A DNA stretch of 64,000 nucleotides from an uncultured delta proteobacterium (GCA_963823335.1 CAWGLD010000001.1:96001-160000); one strand, 5' to 3'; positions 10,284-21,411 are shown, numbered from the stretch's first letter. Notes: generated from the letters alone by a model not told the origin. Numbers and translations are program-made.

Positions 10284-10462
10284 GTGCTGTCTCCAACGAT
10301 TCGGTAGATATCAGAGTGCTGAAAATTTACCGGTGTGCGAAAATAATCACAACAGACCAATTCTTGCATTGGCAGGACCTCCCGTGATACCGTGGGCATG
10401 TCCATATGGTATCAGCAATATTGCCGTTGAACTTGGTAACTGGACTTATCTCCATAAATCAC
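10284..10462 (+). repeat. Module copy R6
   Basis: gtctccaacgattcgg...ggacttatctccataaatcac. Confidence 0.95.
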
Positions 10463-10564
10463 AGTTTCCAGTTTGAAGACTTATTAGCGTAGCCTTCAGT
10501 TTGGTATTATTTTCATCGACCACAAGATGTGGTATCGGAAATTTTAGATGAATGGTGTAGCTCC

Positions 10565-11032
10565 ATGAACCTACGACCCGCCACGAGCGAAGATTTGAAG
10601 ACCATCATCTCCTGGATCAAGGATGAAACAGCCTGCCGGACGTGGGCGGGACCGATGGTGAGATTTCCCCTCAACCCGGAGGGCCTTGCCCATGCCATTG
10701 AATTTGAGCCGGGCAATTCCTATTGCCTGATGGAAGATGAGAGCATTTTTGCCTTTGGCCAGTTGATAAGAAAGAGCCCAAAACGCCTTCATATGGCCAG
10801 GGTCATCGTAGCGCCGAGAAAAAGGGCATCCGGACTTGGTGGGCAATGGTGCCGTGAGCTGATGGCGCTGGCCCGGAAAAAGGGTTGTGAAACCATCACA
10901 CTGAATGTTTACAGAGACAATACTGCCGCCTGCAGGATATATATCAGCAACGGCTTCATGGAGGTTGCTGAAAAATCAACCCAGGAATTGTGCCATATGA
11001 TCCTCCGCTGCGGTAGTCCAAATAATAGTTAA
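10565..11032 (+). CDS. GNAT family acetyltransferase
   Basis: LRPAT..D, RASGLG, LNVYRDN.AA..Y...GF. Confidence 0.85.
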   Translation: MNLRPATSEDLKTIISWIKDETACRTWAGPMVRFPLNPEGLAHAIEFEPGNSYCLMEDESIFAFGQLIRKSPKRLHMARVIVAPRKRASGLGGQWCRELMALARKKGCETITLNVYRDNTAACRIYISNGFMEVAEKSTQELCHMILRCGSPNNS

Positions 11033-11052
11033 GTCAAGGATAGGGAACACCT

Positions 11053-11228
11053 AGCACTCTCCAACAAAAACAAGGATATCAGACCCTTAAAATATTACCG
11101 GTGTTTGAAAATAATCACAACAGGCAGAATCTTGCATTCATAAGCCCTAAAATGGTACCATGGCGATCACCAGATGGTATCGGTAATATTGGCATTGATC
11201 TTGATAACTGGACTTATCTCCATGTATC
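11053..11228 (+). repeat. Module copy R7
   Basis: ctctccaacaaaaac...ggacttatctccatgtatc. Confidence 0.95.
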
Positions 11229-11585
11229 AGTACCTGACTGGCACTATGTTTTAGTATAAGATGTGTAAATCTATTCATTACTTTTTGGATAATCTTTTCC
11301 ACAATCAGGCATAACTTCCAGCAGCAGAATCAGCGTGACCCCTACTAATGTTCTGTTTATCAAAACCTTCCAATCTTGCACAATAATTGCATTCACCAAT
11401 AAAGATAAAAAAGTTGTCATTTAGTTGGCTTGTTGCAATGATTGAAAAACGTTATCTATCTGCGGATAGTGGAAGTCTCAATACATCTATGCTTCATCTG
11501 ATAGTTGATTTTCAGAGTTCTTAGACTATGATAGTCTAAATTGACCAGACCTCAACCGGATTCTCGCGCTGGAAAGGAGTTGGAA

Positions 11586-14000
11586 ATGAGATCGAAACTT
11601 CAACATGGTTTTATCTTGCTGCTGTTTGTTGGTTTTGGAGTTTTGGCATTTGTGGGTTGTGGCAGTGGCGGTGGCGGTGGTGGTGACGGAGACAACGTCT
11701 CTTCCGGCAATGACTCTGTAGACCAAAATCCGATTATCACGGCTATGGTGTCTACAGACACTGACAAACTATCCCTTGCATGGCTCCCGGCGACAGATAA
11801 TGAGACACCTGCTGACCAGGTTGTTTATGAGGTCCACCTTTCGAAAAGTGAAACCTTTGAACCGAACAGCACTACCCTTAAGAAAACCATTTTGGGTGAT
11901 CGGCAGGTAAACGTGGCTGGTCTGGAGCCGGATACAACCTATTACGCTATCATCCTCGCTATTTTTCCAGGTGGTACAGATGCCCAAAGCAACCCTCTGG
12001 CTGCCACAACATTTGCAAATCCTGTCCTTAAAAACGCGGCAAATACCGTGAAGCAGGCAGACGAGCTTGGTCTTGGGCGATACGCTGCTTCAGACGCCAC
12101 CAGCTTAACCTTCCCCTATAATGACAATGCCGTGCTGCCGGAAGTCGGAACCATCTTGTTCGCTGAAAGCGTTGATGGTGAGATCGTATTGCGACGTGTT
12201 GTTTCCTGTGTATCGGCAAACCCGGTCATTACGATCAATACCACGGCAGCTTCACTCACAGATGTTTTCGAAGATGCAACCATCAGTTCGGCATTTCACC
12301 TGGTTGACATAGGTGGTGACACAACCTTTTCAAGAAATGTTTCTACCGCGAAAATGGGGACAGACCTATATTTTCAGAGCAATTGGGATGACGGATTTCT
12401 GACAATCGATCAAGTCGATTATGTCCATAATGAACAGAACTTGAAAGTGACACCAAGGAATATCAATTCGAATATCACCAGCGAATTTAATATCCAGGTC
12501 ACACCTTCTTTTGAACCGGTACTGGAAACATACGCCAATTGGAGCGGGTTCCAGCTTAATTCCGCGGTGGTCACCGCCAGAGGGACATTGAGCATTGAAG
12601 CCCTGGCCGAGTATAATTTTGAGGCTCAGGGAACATGGGAGGATGAGGTTGAAATAACCAACAGAACCTGGACCAGTATATACTACATCGGTACAGTCCC
12701 AGTATTTCAGCAGATCAGCCTGTCCATCAAAGTAGCTGCTTCAGCTGAAGCTCAAGCCAAGATAAAAGCCTCCACCAATGCAAGCATATCCCGCACGGTC
12801 GAGGTTGGCGCCACCTACACAAATGCAGGCGGGTGGGAGACATTCTTGAACGAGACCAATGATGAATCACTTACGGCAAACCTCGATATTGGTGCGGAAG
12901 CCAGCGCCGAGGTCAGAATCATACCCGAAGTCAGGGTCACATTCTACACGGTCTTAAGTAGCTACTTGAGCGTTGAACCATATTTACGGGGTGGATTGGC
13001 TGTAGGCGATACAACAAGTAATTGGGATTTTCTCGCAATTCATCCAGATCGTGCGCTTGAGTTGACCACTTTTGAATCAGCGCTTGGGCTTGAAAGCTTC
13101 ATCGGTGCAGATTTGACAGTCTTTGGCAACAGCTTTCCCATTCTGGAAAAGACCTGCGTGCTTGGCCCGGTTTCGAACGCTTCGTGTACAGCAAACATTG
13201 ACGAACTTACGCTATTTTCACTGCCGGAACTCACGCTTACGGTACCGCAAAACTCAAACAGTACACAGGAAGAGCTGAAACTGGAGGCAATTCACGGCGT
13301 GAACAACCCATTTGATCCAACCTCCGTTCAGTGGGAGGTTTTTCCTTCATCGGCCAGTATCGAACCACACGAGTGCTCAGATTCAACCGGAAATGGCCAG
13401 ACTAAGACAACCTGCACGGCCACGCTTTCGATGTCTGGAAGCGATGAATATACGGTGTTTGCGTCCGGCCAAGGTGTTTTGGGTGAATTGGCAAGACAGT
13501 TTGAGGAAGGTGATATATATCAATCTGATTGTATTTATGGTACCAGCACCAGGTTAAATAACGTAATCGTTTATTGGAAGAACTGTTCAACATCGCGTGA
13601 ACTGGCTTACATAAACCAACCAGGAGACGACTCTGGTTCTACGGATATTGTTCTTGCTGCAAAGGTAATATGTAATGAGGATTTTGTTGGTGAATGTCCA
13701 GACCCGAATAGGTGGGTAGAAGTAGTTTTTGAAGGATCAGAGATAAGATATATTTATTTATTCTTTTTAAATGGAGAAAGCGTTAATACGAATTATTATT
13801 GTGATGGCGATTCCTATTTTGGGAGATTAAATCGTACGACACTGGATAATCCTTCTCCTGTACAGATAGGTGACTATTTTATCTCCCTCTCAGCCTGCAG
13901 AAGCGCTCTATCAGAATATGTTCCAAACGACGACGATTTAATTTATCCAGGTAGTTGCCACAGTTGGTGGGATCATGATGGAGAAACTTGTATTTATTGA
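11586..14000 (+). CDS. Large lipoprotein with fibronectin type III domain
   Basis: Lipobox FVGC plus poly-G linker; W..ATDN, GLEPDTTYY. Confidence 0.75.
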   Translation: MRSKLQHGFILLLFVGFGVLAFVGCGSGGGGGGDGDNVSSGNDSVDQNPIITAMVSTDTDKLSLAWLPATDNETPADQVVYEVHLSKSETFEPNSTTLKKTILGDRQVNVAGLEPDTTYYAIILAIFPGGTDAQSNPLAATTFANPVLKNAANTVKQADELGLGRYAASDATSLTFPYNDNAVLPEVGTILFAESVDGEIVLRRVVSCVSANPVITINTTAASLTDVFEDATISSAFHLVDIGGDTTFSRNVSTAKMGTDLYFQSNWDDGFLTIDQVDYVHNEQNLKVTPRNINSNITSEFNIQVTPSFEPVLETYANWSGFQLNSAVVTARGTLSIEALAEYNFEAQGTWEDEVEITNRTWTSIYYIGTVPVFQQISLSIKVAASAEAQAKIKASTNASISRTVEVGATYTNAGGWETFLNETNDESLTANLDIGAEASAEVRIIPEVRVTFYTVLSSYLSVEPYLRGGLAVGDTTSNWDFLAIHPDRALELTTFESALGLESFIGADLTVFGNSFPILEKTCVLGPVSNASCTANIDELTLFSLPELTLTVPQNSNSTQEELKLEAIHGVNNPFDPTSVQWEVFPSSASIEPHECSDSTGNGQTKTTCTATLSMSGSDEYTVFASGQGVLGELARQFEEGDIYQSDCIYGTSTRLNNVIVYWKNCSTSRELAYINQPGDDSGSTDIVLAAKVICNEDFVGECPDPNRWVEVVFEGSEIRYIYLFFLNGESVNTNYYCDGDSYFGRLNRTTLDNPSPVQIGDYFISLSACRSALSEYVPNDDDLIYPGSCHSWWDHDGETCIY

Positions 14001-14098
14001 AACGTCAATTCGCAGGATTTCGAAATGTCGCCATACTGAGTGGATGTCTCGGACAGGGGGACCATCACGACGACTAAAAATTGAGGTTTCCTAAAACC

Positions 14099-14340
14099 GT
14101 GGATATCTCCAACAAAAACAAAGATATCATGCACGCCAAAAATTACCGGTGTGCGAAAATAATCACAAATTAAAAGGGTGAGTCCGAGCCATGGATTCGC
14201 CCCTTTTTTATTGGCACAAAGCAGCGTTATTAGGGTCTACAGTTTGACACCAGGTTTAATGATGCGATAGACTGCATATATCCAGATGGTATCGGTGATA
14301 ATTAGGCTGAGCTTGATAACTGGACATCTCTCCATGTATC
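14099..14340 (+). repeat. Module copy R8, centre replaced by unrelated DNA (14169-14281)
   Basis: Left part 14099-14168 and right part 14282-14340 match the consensus. Confidence 0.9.
14172..14209 (+). terminator. Intrinsic-terminator-like hairpin inside R8
   Basis: aaaagggtgagtcc...ggattcgcccc followed by a T-run. Confidence 0.55.
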
Positions 14341-14433
14341 CGTATATTTCGTTAATAATTTTTTATTTAAAATTCCTGGCCGGTTATAATGGTTGTTCTA
14401 CAGTTAAATTTGGTCTCTACAAAGGATGATTAA

Positions 14434-15741
14434 TTGAAGCAGAAGCACACATATCAAGAATTGAAAAAAGAGAATGAATTATTAAGGAAGCAACTGCAAA
14501 TCCTTCAAGAGAACGCGGATCGGTTCAATGACATCGCTGAGAATGCATTAGAATGGATCTGGGAAGTCGATAAGGAAGGAAGGTATACATATTCAAGCCC
14601 TGTCGTAAAGGTTATCTTAGGCTATGAACCCGAGGAGGTTTTAGGAAAACACTTCTCTGATTTTTTTCATCCCAAGGATAAGAAAAAAATGTTAGCTGAG
14701 GCCTCCAAGGCTTTCGATCAAAGATTTCCCTTCAGGAAATTTATTAACCAAAATGTACATAAAGATGGCAATAAAAAGGTGTTTCTTTTAACGAGTGGTA
14801 TCCCTGTGTTTGATTCTGAAGGGGCATTTTCGGGATATCGTGGGGCTGACATGGATGTAACAGAACAATATGTGGCTAAAAAAGCTCTAAAAGAAAGCGA
14901 AGAACACCTACGATCACTAATGCAGAGAGCCTCAGGGTTTGCCATTTACCGGTTGGCATATAATAAAGTTTCCCCATATTCCTTGCGGGTTGTTTTAGCC
15001 AGTCCATCCGTGAAAGACATCCTGGGCATACCTGATCAAACGAAATTCGAGATGTGGTTTGAAAATATCCATGCTGATGACAGGGAAAGAATCATAAAAG
15101 CTAATTTGAAAGCGTTTGAAACGAATGAATTTAATGAAGTCATGAAGATTAATCATCCTGACAAAAAGGAGCATCGCTGGATTCATTCAATTGCTAAAGG
15201 CATTTTCTCGCAATATGGCGAATTACAATATATCAATGGCATTATAATCGATATTACAGAACGTAAACTTGTTGAAGAGGCTTTGATTGAGAAAGAGAAA
15301 GAATTAGAATCCAAGACAAACAAGCTTGAAGAGATAAATGTCGCCCTGAACGTCCTGTTAGAAAAAAGAGAGGAAGATAAAATACTCTTGCAAGAGCAGG
15401 TACTGTCCAACGTAAAAAAATTGGCGATCCCCTATGTCGAAAAATTAAAAAAAGGCACCCTCACCGAAACACAAATTGCCTTGCTTGATGTTTTAGAATC
15501 AAGTTTGCACGAAATTATTTCACCGTTTTCCCTCAAGCTGGCCTCTAATTCTTTCGGATTAACGCCCGCCGAAATCAAAGTGGCTTCTCTTATAAAACAG
15601 GGCAAAGGGACAAAAGAAATAGCAAAGATGCGAAATCTTTCGCATAAAACAGTAGCACGCCATAGGGAGAATATAAGAAATAAGCTCGGTATAAAAAATA
15701 CAAAAGTCAATCTACAGTCCCACCTAATTTCCTTCGCATAA
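14434..15741 (+). CDS. PAS-PAS-LuxR HTH transcriptional regulator
   Basis: Two PAS/PAC folds; LTPAEIKVA..G.GTKEIA....LS.KTV..HR.NIR.KLG. Confidence 0.9.
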   Translation: MKQKHTYQELKKENELLRKQLQILQENADRFNDIAENALEWIWEVDKEGRYTYSSPVVKVILGYEPEEVLGKHFSDFFHPKDKKKMLAEASKAFDQRFPFRKFINQNVHKDGNKKVFLLTSGIPVFDSEGAFSGYRGADMDVTEQYVAKKALKESEEHLRSLMQRASGFAIYRLAYNKVSPYSLRVVLASPSVKDILGIPDQTKFEMWFENIHADDRERIIKANLKAFETNEFNEVMKINHPDKKEHRWIHSIAKGIFSQYGELQYINGIIIDITERKLVEEALIEKEKELESKTNKLEEINVALNVLLEKREEDKILLQEQVLSNVKKLAIPYVEKLKKGTLTETQIALLDVLESSLHEIISPFSLKLASNSFGLTPAEIKVASLIKQGKGTKEIAKMRNLSHKTVARHRENIRNKLGIKNTKVNLQSHLISFA

Positions 15742-16029
15742 CACCCATAATAAATAGGTACTATATGGGCTATAAAATGGCATTGATTGTCTTGTCAATT
15801 TGAATTAGAAAATAATTATAGGGATGCGCTCTGGGCTCATCGCCCATTGGCACCTCCAACCCTGTAAAAAGCCCCTGAGAAGATAATTCATTTGCCAGTA
15901 CCTTCTCCATCTTGGGGGCTTTTTCAATATGGATCTTCAGCCCGACCGATTCCTTACCTTGGAATATTGTATTATGTTAATTTGTTTTTGGACAGGTTAG
16001 GACTGTCTATATCTTTCAACCTAAATCTC

Positions 16030-18255
16030 ATGGCTATGAAACCGACATTACCCACAAAGCTTATCAGTACTACTAAAGAAGGGTTGTCTGGCATAATGAC
16101 AGGAACGGTTGCCATCACTGTTAGTTTGTCGATGGCTGCGCTGATATTTCATGGTAGTCTTGCTAATTTTATTGGTTACGGCATAGGAGCCGTTTTATGT
16201 ACTACCATATTTATCAATTTAATTTTACTCATAGGATCTTCTTATAAGGGGATAGTCGCCGCTCCTCAATCTGCAACCTCGATTGTTTTAGCGACTGGTA
16301 TTAGCCTATTATATGATAAATCTCTTCAAGGAGATAACCAACAAGACTCGCTTTTGCTTATTGCCGGCTTTGTTTTATCAACCTCTATCATTACAGGAAT
16401 ATTTCTATTTGTTGCCGGTAAATTCAATCTGGGGAAATTGGCTCGCTTTATCCCTTACCCTGTGATCGGGGGTTTTTTAGCTGGAACGGGCTATTTAATA
16501 ATCAAAGGCGCTGTTTCTTTCATGGTCGGTTTTACAATTTCCTTCGATACGCTCCCATTTCTAATTTCAAATCAATCGTTTCTAAAGCTATTGCCTGGAA
16601 TAATAATAGCATTTATCATGTTCTTTCTGTCAAAAACATCTCGCCATCTGATTCTTTTCCCGTTATTTATATTGTGTTCTATATGCCTGTTTTATAGCGG
16701 TTTATGGATCCTGGACCTGTCCCATGAAACTGCCTTGAAGTTGGGTCTTGTCATGCAATTAAACACAGGTGAATATTTTAATTTATTGAATATATCTAAT
16801 ACAATATCCAAAATTGACTACTCCATTATCTTAGAACACAAATGGACTATATTTTCGATTGTTTTCATTACGTCGATTGCACTATTGCTGAATTTGAGTA
16901 GTTTAGAACTTATCGTCAAAGATGACATAGATCTTGATAAAGAGTTAAAGTTGTGTGGTACCGGCAACATCGTTTCTGGCTTTTTTGGGGGCATCGTCGG
17001 ATACCAAATGCTCGGACCTTCAGCGTTAAATCATACCCTTGGATTAAAGTCCCGGGCCCCAATAATAGTATTAATAATAATGAGTTTTATTATTCTTTTT
17101 TGGGGTCATGATTTCTTAAAGTTTTTTCCTGTCCCACTTATCGGCGCTTATTTACTGTTTATCGGGTTGAATTTTCTACACGACTTTTTGTATGATAGTT
17201 GGCTGAAATTGCCGTTAAGTGAATACATAATAGTGCTTTGTATTTTAATGATAACTGTATTCAAAGGTCTTCTTTCTGCTATTGCATTTGGAACGATTGC
17301 AGCTATTTTCATATTTATCCTCAATTATGCAAAAGTAAAAAACATAAAAAGCATAACAACCGGTGAACATCATAGAAGCAATGTAGAAAGATCTCCCATT
17401 GAGGAGGAATTGTTCAAGCGTGAAGGTAGGAGAATACGTGTATACCGGTTGAATGGTTATCTGTTTTTCGGAAGCGTATACAATTTGTACTTGAATGTTA
17501 GGGAATATACACTTGAAACTGGAAACAATCATGCTGGATTCATTGTTTTGGACTTTAAAGATGTACAGGGCATGGACTCGTCAGCCATTCATAGTTTTTT
17601 AAAAATTAGGCAAATTGTACAGAATGGTCAAAAGGTCAAGCTGATATATACCCAATTGAACCCTAATCTCCACAATTTATTTATAAAAGGATCGGTGTTA
17701 ATTGGTAAAAATGACTCAAGTGTCTACGATGATTTGGATCGAGGTCTCGAATGGTGTGAAGAACAAATACTTAATGAGAATGGTTTTAAAGCTGACAGAT
17801 TAAATCAATTCACCGCCGTGCTTGAAAAAATATTCGAGAATGAAAATGAAACTATTCGGTTTAAGAGCTACCTGACCAGAAAATTTTTCAAAAAAGACAC
17901 TGTCCTTATGAAAAAAGGTGAGTTCTCAGAAACTCTTTATTTCATCGAAACCGGACAATTTTCAGTATTAAGAAATGACCATGAGAAATCTTCAATAAGG
18001 TATCGAAAAATTGGGAGTGGAGCTATAATTGGCGAGATGGGTTTTTTTTCTAACAACAATAGAACAGCTTCAGTTATTTCAGATAAAGATAGCTTTGTTT
18101 ATGAATTAAACCTTACGAATATGAAAAAAATGGAAAAAGACTGTTCTAAAATAGCGTTCAAGTTTCAAAATTACGTAATAAAATTATTGTCAATGAGATT
18201 AAGCCGATCAACTCAGGAAATAAATTCACTATTAATTGATTATAAAAACCGTTGA
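16030..18255 (+). CDS. SulP-family anion transporter with STAS and cNMP-binding domains
   Basis: FIPYPVIGGFLAGTG; GYLFFG..LDF..V.GMDSSA; GEMGFF...RTASV. Confidence 0.9.
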   Translation: MAMKPTLPTKLISTTKEGLSGIMTGTVAITVSLSMAALIFHGSLANFIGYGIGAVLCTTIFINLILLIGSSYKGIVAAPQSATSIVLATGISLLYDKSLQGDNQQDSLLLIAGFVLSTSIITGIFLFVAGKFNLGKLARFIPYPVIGGFLAGTGYLIIKGAVSFMVGFTISFDTLPFLISNQSFLKLLPGIIIAFIMFFLSKTSRHLILFPLFILCSICLFYSGLWILDLSHETALKLGLVMQLNTGEYFNLLNISNTISKIDYSIILEHKWTIFSIVFITSIALLLNLSSLELIVKDDIDLDKELKLCGTGNIVSGFFGGIVGYQMLGPSALNHTLGLKSRAPIIVLIIMSFIILFWGHDFLKFFPVPLIGAYLLFIGLNFLHDFLYDSWLKLPLSEYIIVLCILMITVFKGLLSAIAFGTIAAIFIFILNYAKVKNIKSITTGEHHRSNVERSPIEEELFKREGRRIRVYRLNGYLFFGSVYNLYLNVREYTLETGNNHAGFIVLDFKDVQGMDSSAIHSFLKIRQIVQNGQKVKLIYTQLNPNLHNLFIKGSVLIGKNDSSVYDDLDRGLEWCEEQILNENGFKADRLNQFTAVLEKIFENENETIRFKSYLTRKFFKKDTVLMKKGEFSETLYFIETGQFSVLRNDHEKSSIRYRKIGSGAIIGEMGFFSNNNRTASVISDKDSFVYELNLTNMKKMEKDCSKIAFKFQNYVIKLLSMRLSRSTQEINSLLIDYKNR

Positions 18256-18428
18256 TTTCTCCAACGAAAACAAGGTTATCAGCCCCCTAAAATATTACCG
18301 GTGTGCGAAAATAATCACAACCGACCGAATCTTGCATTAATAATAGTTCCCATGGTACCGTGGGGATGACCGAATGATATCTGACAATTTTTCAGATTGT
18401 CGGATAGTTGGACTTGTCTCCATAAATC
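18251..18428 (+). repeat. Module copy R9 (same variant right half as R1)
   Basis: gttgatttctccaacg...ggacttgtctccataaatc; overlaps the SulP stop codon. Confidence 0.95.
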
Positions 18429-18661
18429 TGTATTGCGAGAATAGTAGTTTTTCATCAAAATATTAAAGTCACCCAGTGGCAATTCACCCATACCTTGACC
18501 CATCATGACGAATCGTGTATATACCTTATAACATACTTGAATCACACCTGATCTAAAGCTGTTTCTCATTGTTTACACGTAGCCTAAGCCCTTTCTCGAC
18601 TTGTCAGTACCTTCCCAAAAGGTATTATAATTATACAAATCAACAACTTTGGAGGTGACTA

Positions 18662-19171
18662 ATGCCGGCCTATCTGAAAGAAGTGGATGTAGTCCCAGAA
18701 GTTTTAAAATTTAAATCTGCCCTCACCGTCAGCTGTCGATTCTGTCCTGCAGCCAGTTTAGCCATACGAAACAATAAACCTTATATAGAATTCTTTCGCA
18801 GGTTGCTTAAGACTGAACCGTATGAAGAGCTTATTGACAAAATGCAATCACGTCTGAAAAATGAGGGTCTTAAAACAGGCGTGTTTAAAGGTAATCTCCT
18901 TAATTATCTCATGTGCATGTGGACTTCAGGACGCCGAAAGAAATTATTAAAGCGTGCAAGTCAATTTGAAGCCGTTGTTGTTATGGGTTGTGAAAATGCA
19001 TATGAAAGCGTGCAAGATATTCTTAAATCGACCGATTGCCAAGTATTTCATGGCATGGAATCTGAAGGTCTTATGAACGTTATTCCAAAAGTTCATCTAC
19101 CGTTCAATATTTCGCTCGAAAAATTCAAAATAACTCCGATAACACTAAAAGCGAAACAAACGGAGGAATGA
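18662..19171 (+). CDS. Hypothetical Cys-containing protein
   Basis: RBS ggagg; CRFC, MGCE motifs. Confidence 0.7.
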   Translation: MPAYLKEVDVVPEVLKFKSALTVSCRFCPAASLAIRNNKPYIEFFRRLLKTEPYEELIDKMQSRLKNEGLKTGVFKGNLLNYLMCMWTSGRRKKLLKRASQFEAVVVMGCENAYESVQDILKSTDCQVFHGMESEGLMNVIPKVHLPFNISLEKFKITPITLKAKQTEE

Positions 19172-19189
19172 TAAACGACAAATTCAACC

Positions 19190-19352
19190 GTCTTTTCAAC
19201 AACTATGCAGATATCAGGTGCTCCCGAAATTAAAATTATCACAACAGACCAAATCTTGCATCCATAGACACCTACGTGGTACGCTGATGATCACCAGATG
19301 GTATCGGTAAATTTATCAGGGAAATTGATAACTGGACTTTTCTCCATGTATC
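19190..19352 (+). repeat. Module copy R10 (degenerate; lacks accggtgtgcg)
   Basis: atcacaacagaccaaatcttgca...ggacttttctccatgtatc. Confidence 0.9.
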
Positions 19353-19642
19353 AAAGATTGATGTAGAACATAAAAAGGCATCTATAGAATATTAGTGTTA
19401 TGCATTTTTAAAACCTATACTAATATTTTTTTAGAAAACGAATAATAATGAAAAATCATATTCTAGTTCTTGTCGTAGGAAAGTTGAGGTGGAAATCAAT
19501 TGGCAGCTTCAACCCGAATACGTTTCCACCGGAATTACGAAGCACGGCAATGAATTGTGGTGATCAGCTTGCTTTAAAAAATAAATCGAACTTTGTTTAA
19601 AAAGAAAATAGAATATCATAAATTATCGAGAAGGCGCAGCCT

Positions 19643-20899
19643 ATGAAAAAATACTTCATTCTGACGTTAGCTGTTTGCTTGGGTTTAATTAGCAACCCGG
19701 TTTCGGCTTGCACCGGCCTGGTGGCAAATGACCATGAGCGCGTGTTGGTGGGCAACAATGAAGACTGGTTCAACCCGCGCACTAAAATCTGGTTCATACA
19801 GCCGTTGAACGACCGGTATGGCAGCGTGTTTTTTGGCTTTGATAATTACTGGCCTCAAGGCGGTATGAATCAGAAAGGGCTATTTTTTGATGCATTCGCT
19901 TTAGAACCAAAGGAGGTAGATGGGCAGGAGGGTAAACCCCGTTTTAAAGGCAACCTGATAAAAGAGGTAATGGCGACCTGTGCGACGGTAAAAGAGGCTT
20001 TGGCCTTGTTAGATAAATACAGTCTACATTTCATGACTCGTTTTCAGATGTTCGTGGCCGATGCCTCTGGCGACTCTGCCATTATCGAAGGCAACGCCAT
20101 AATTCGTAAAGAAGTGAATTATCAAGTGGTGACCAATTTTCGCCAATCAGAAACCGACCCCAGTGAGACTTCTTGTTGGCGCTACCGGGTCGCCAATGAC
20201 ATGCTGATGAATTGCCGTGAAGATAAGCTTCACTGTATACGCAGTATTCTGGACGCTACTCACCAGAAGGGGGACTACCCGACGCTTTATTCAAACATAT
20301 ATGATCTGAAAGCTAAGCGGGTTTATGTATACTATTTTCACAATTTTCAAGAAGGAGTTGTGATTGATCTCGAAAACGAACTCATAAAAAAGCCTGGAAT
20401 TCTTGATCTACCCGATTTATTTTCACCAAATCTTGAGGCACAGGCATATCTTGCTCAGTTCACCAACCTCAAGAAGGAATATACACACAACGTACCTAAA
20501 TTTGTAGTGCGCTATCCTGAAGAGTATGAGGAGGACAAAACACTGGATCCCACCCAGGTCTTTCTGGCCAAAAGTCGTTACGGGCAGCCGGTACTAACAG
20601 TCTCAGTAACTCCTGCTGAGGCTAAGATGACGCTTTCCAGGGTCGGCAGTGAATATTATGCACATGGGTTACGCCAGTTCGGAAAACAAGTTCAGATTAT
20701 CTCCAATCGTCCGGCCAAGTTGGCCGACGGTTCAGAGGCCTATGAGACTAAAATTGTTTGGCAGTATCAGGGAAAAACCAAATTAAATAGTCTGGTGCTT
20801 TCCGCCTTTAGAGAGGATAAGCTTATCAATGTGGCCCTACATCACACTGGTGAGCTGAATTATTTGAAACACATACCTTACAGTCTGAGCTTTGAATAG
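19643..20899 (+). CDS. Secreted Ntn-hydrolase (C45/choloylglycine hydrolase-like) with extra C-terminal domain
   Basis: Signal peptide then CT nucleophile, GNNED, GGMNQKGL, VTNF, TLYS.IYD. Confidence 0.8.
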   Translation: MKKYFILTLAVCLGLISNPVSACTGLVANDHERVLVGNNEDWFNPRTKIWFIQPLNDRYGSVFFGFDNYWPQGGMNQKGLFFDAFALEPKEVDGQEGKPRFKGNLIKEVMATCATVKEALALLDKYSLHFMTRFQMFVADASGDSAIIEGNAIIRKEVNYQVVTNFRQSETDPSETSCWRYRVANDMLMNCREDKLHCIRSILDATHQKGDYPTLYSNIYDLKAKRVYVYYFHNFQEGVVIDLENELIKKPGILDLPDLFSPNLEAQAYLAQFTNLKKEYTHNVPKFVVRYPEEYEEDKTLDPTQVFLAKSRYGQPVLTVSVTPAEAKMTLSRVGSEYYAHGLRQFGKQVQIISNRPAKLADGSEAYETKIVWQYQGKTKLNSLVLSAFREDKLINVALHHTGELNYLKHIPYSLSFE

Positions 20900-21127
20900 C
20901 GCCGCTAAACAGATAACTGAAAGCACTCGGCCTTGAAGAACCTACAAGTACCCTGTCAGTATCGCGAGGAAGTGCCGGATTGTGGTCACAAACGGGTACC
21001 TAAAAATCATATGGGATTGAAAACCCGTGATAGCTGGTACCTTTCCTATAGGTAGATGTTGTGGAGGCGAGCGAGCCCGTAGGGTGTAGCTCGCGGAGTC
21101 TCCACAACTCTATCGATAGGGGTTTTC

Positions 21128-21301
21128 AAGCCTCCAACAAAAACAAGGTTATCAGATACCTAAAATTTCACCGGTGTGCGATTATAATCACAACAGGCTG
21201 AATCTTGCATTGATAAGAATTTCCGTGGTGCTTTGGTGATGCCCAGATGGTATCGCTGATATTTACATCAAACTTGATAACTGGACTTATCTCCATAAAT
21301 C
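21128..21301 (+). repeat. Module copy R11
   Basis: cctccaacaaaaacaagg...ggacttatctccataaatc. Confidence 0.95.
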
Positions 21302-21411
21302 TGTATGTTGAGCGAGTTTCCCCAAAAGTAACGCAATTATCATATTTCAAGGCCTATTTGACCAAGAATTAATGCTTAGCTATACCTTTAAATCAAAAAG
21401 GAGGTCGTAGG

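Noticed and set aside
15866-15926. Hairpin upstream of SulP as a riboswitch
   Set aside because: Only an aaaaagcccc/ggggctttt stem is visible; I recognise no aptamer consensus.
185-21301. Module array as a CRISPR array
   Set aside because: Repeats are ~175 bp, the intervals are 0.6-4 kb and gene-bearing, and no cas genes are present.
185-21301. Modules as classical attC or dif/pdif sites
   Set aside because: No RYYYAAC...GTTRRRY ends or end-to-end palindrome, no XerC/XerD 28-bp consensus, and no intI in the window.
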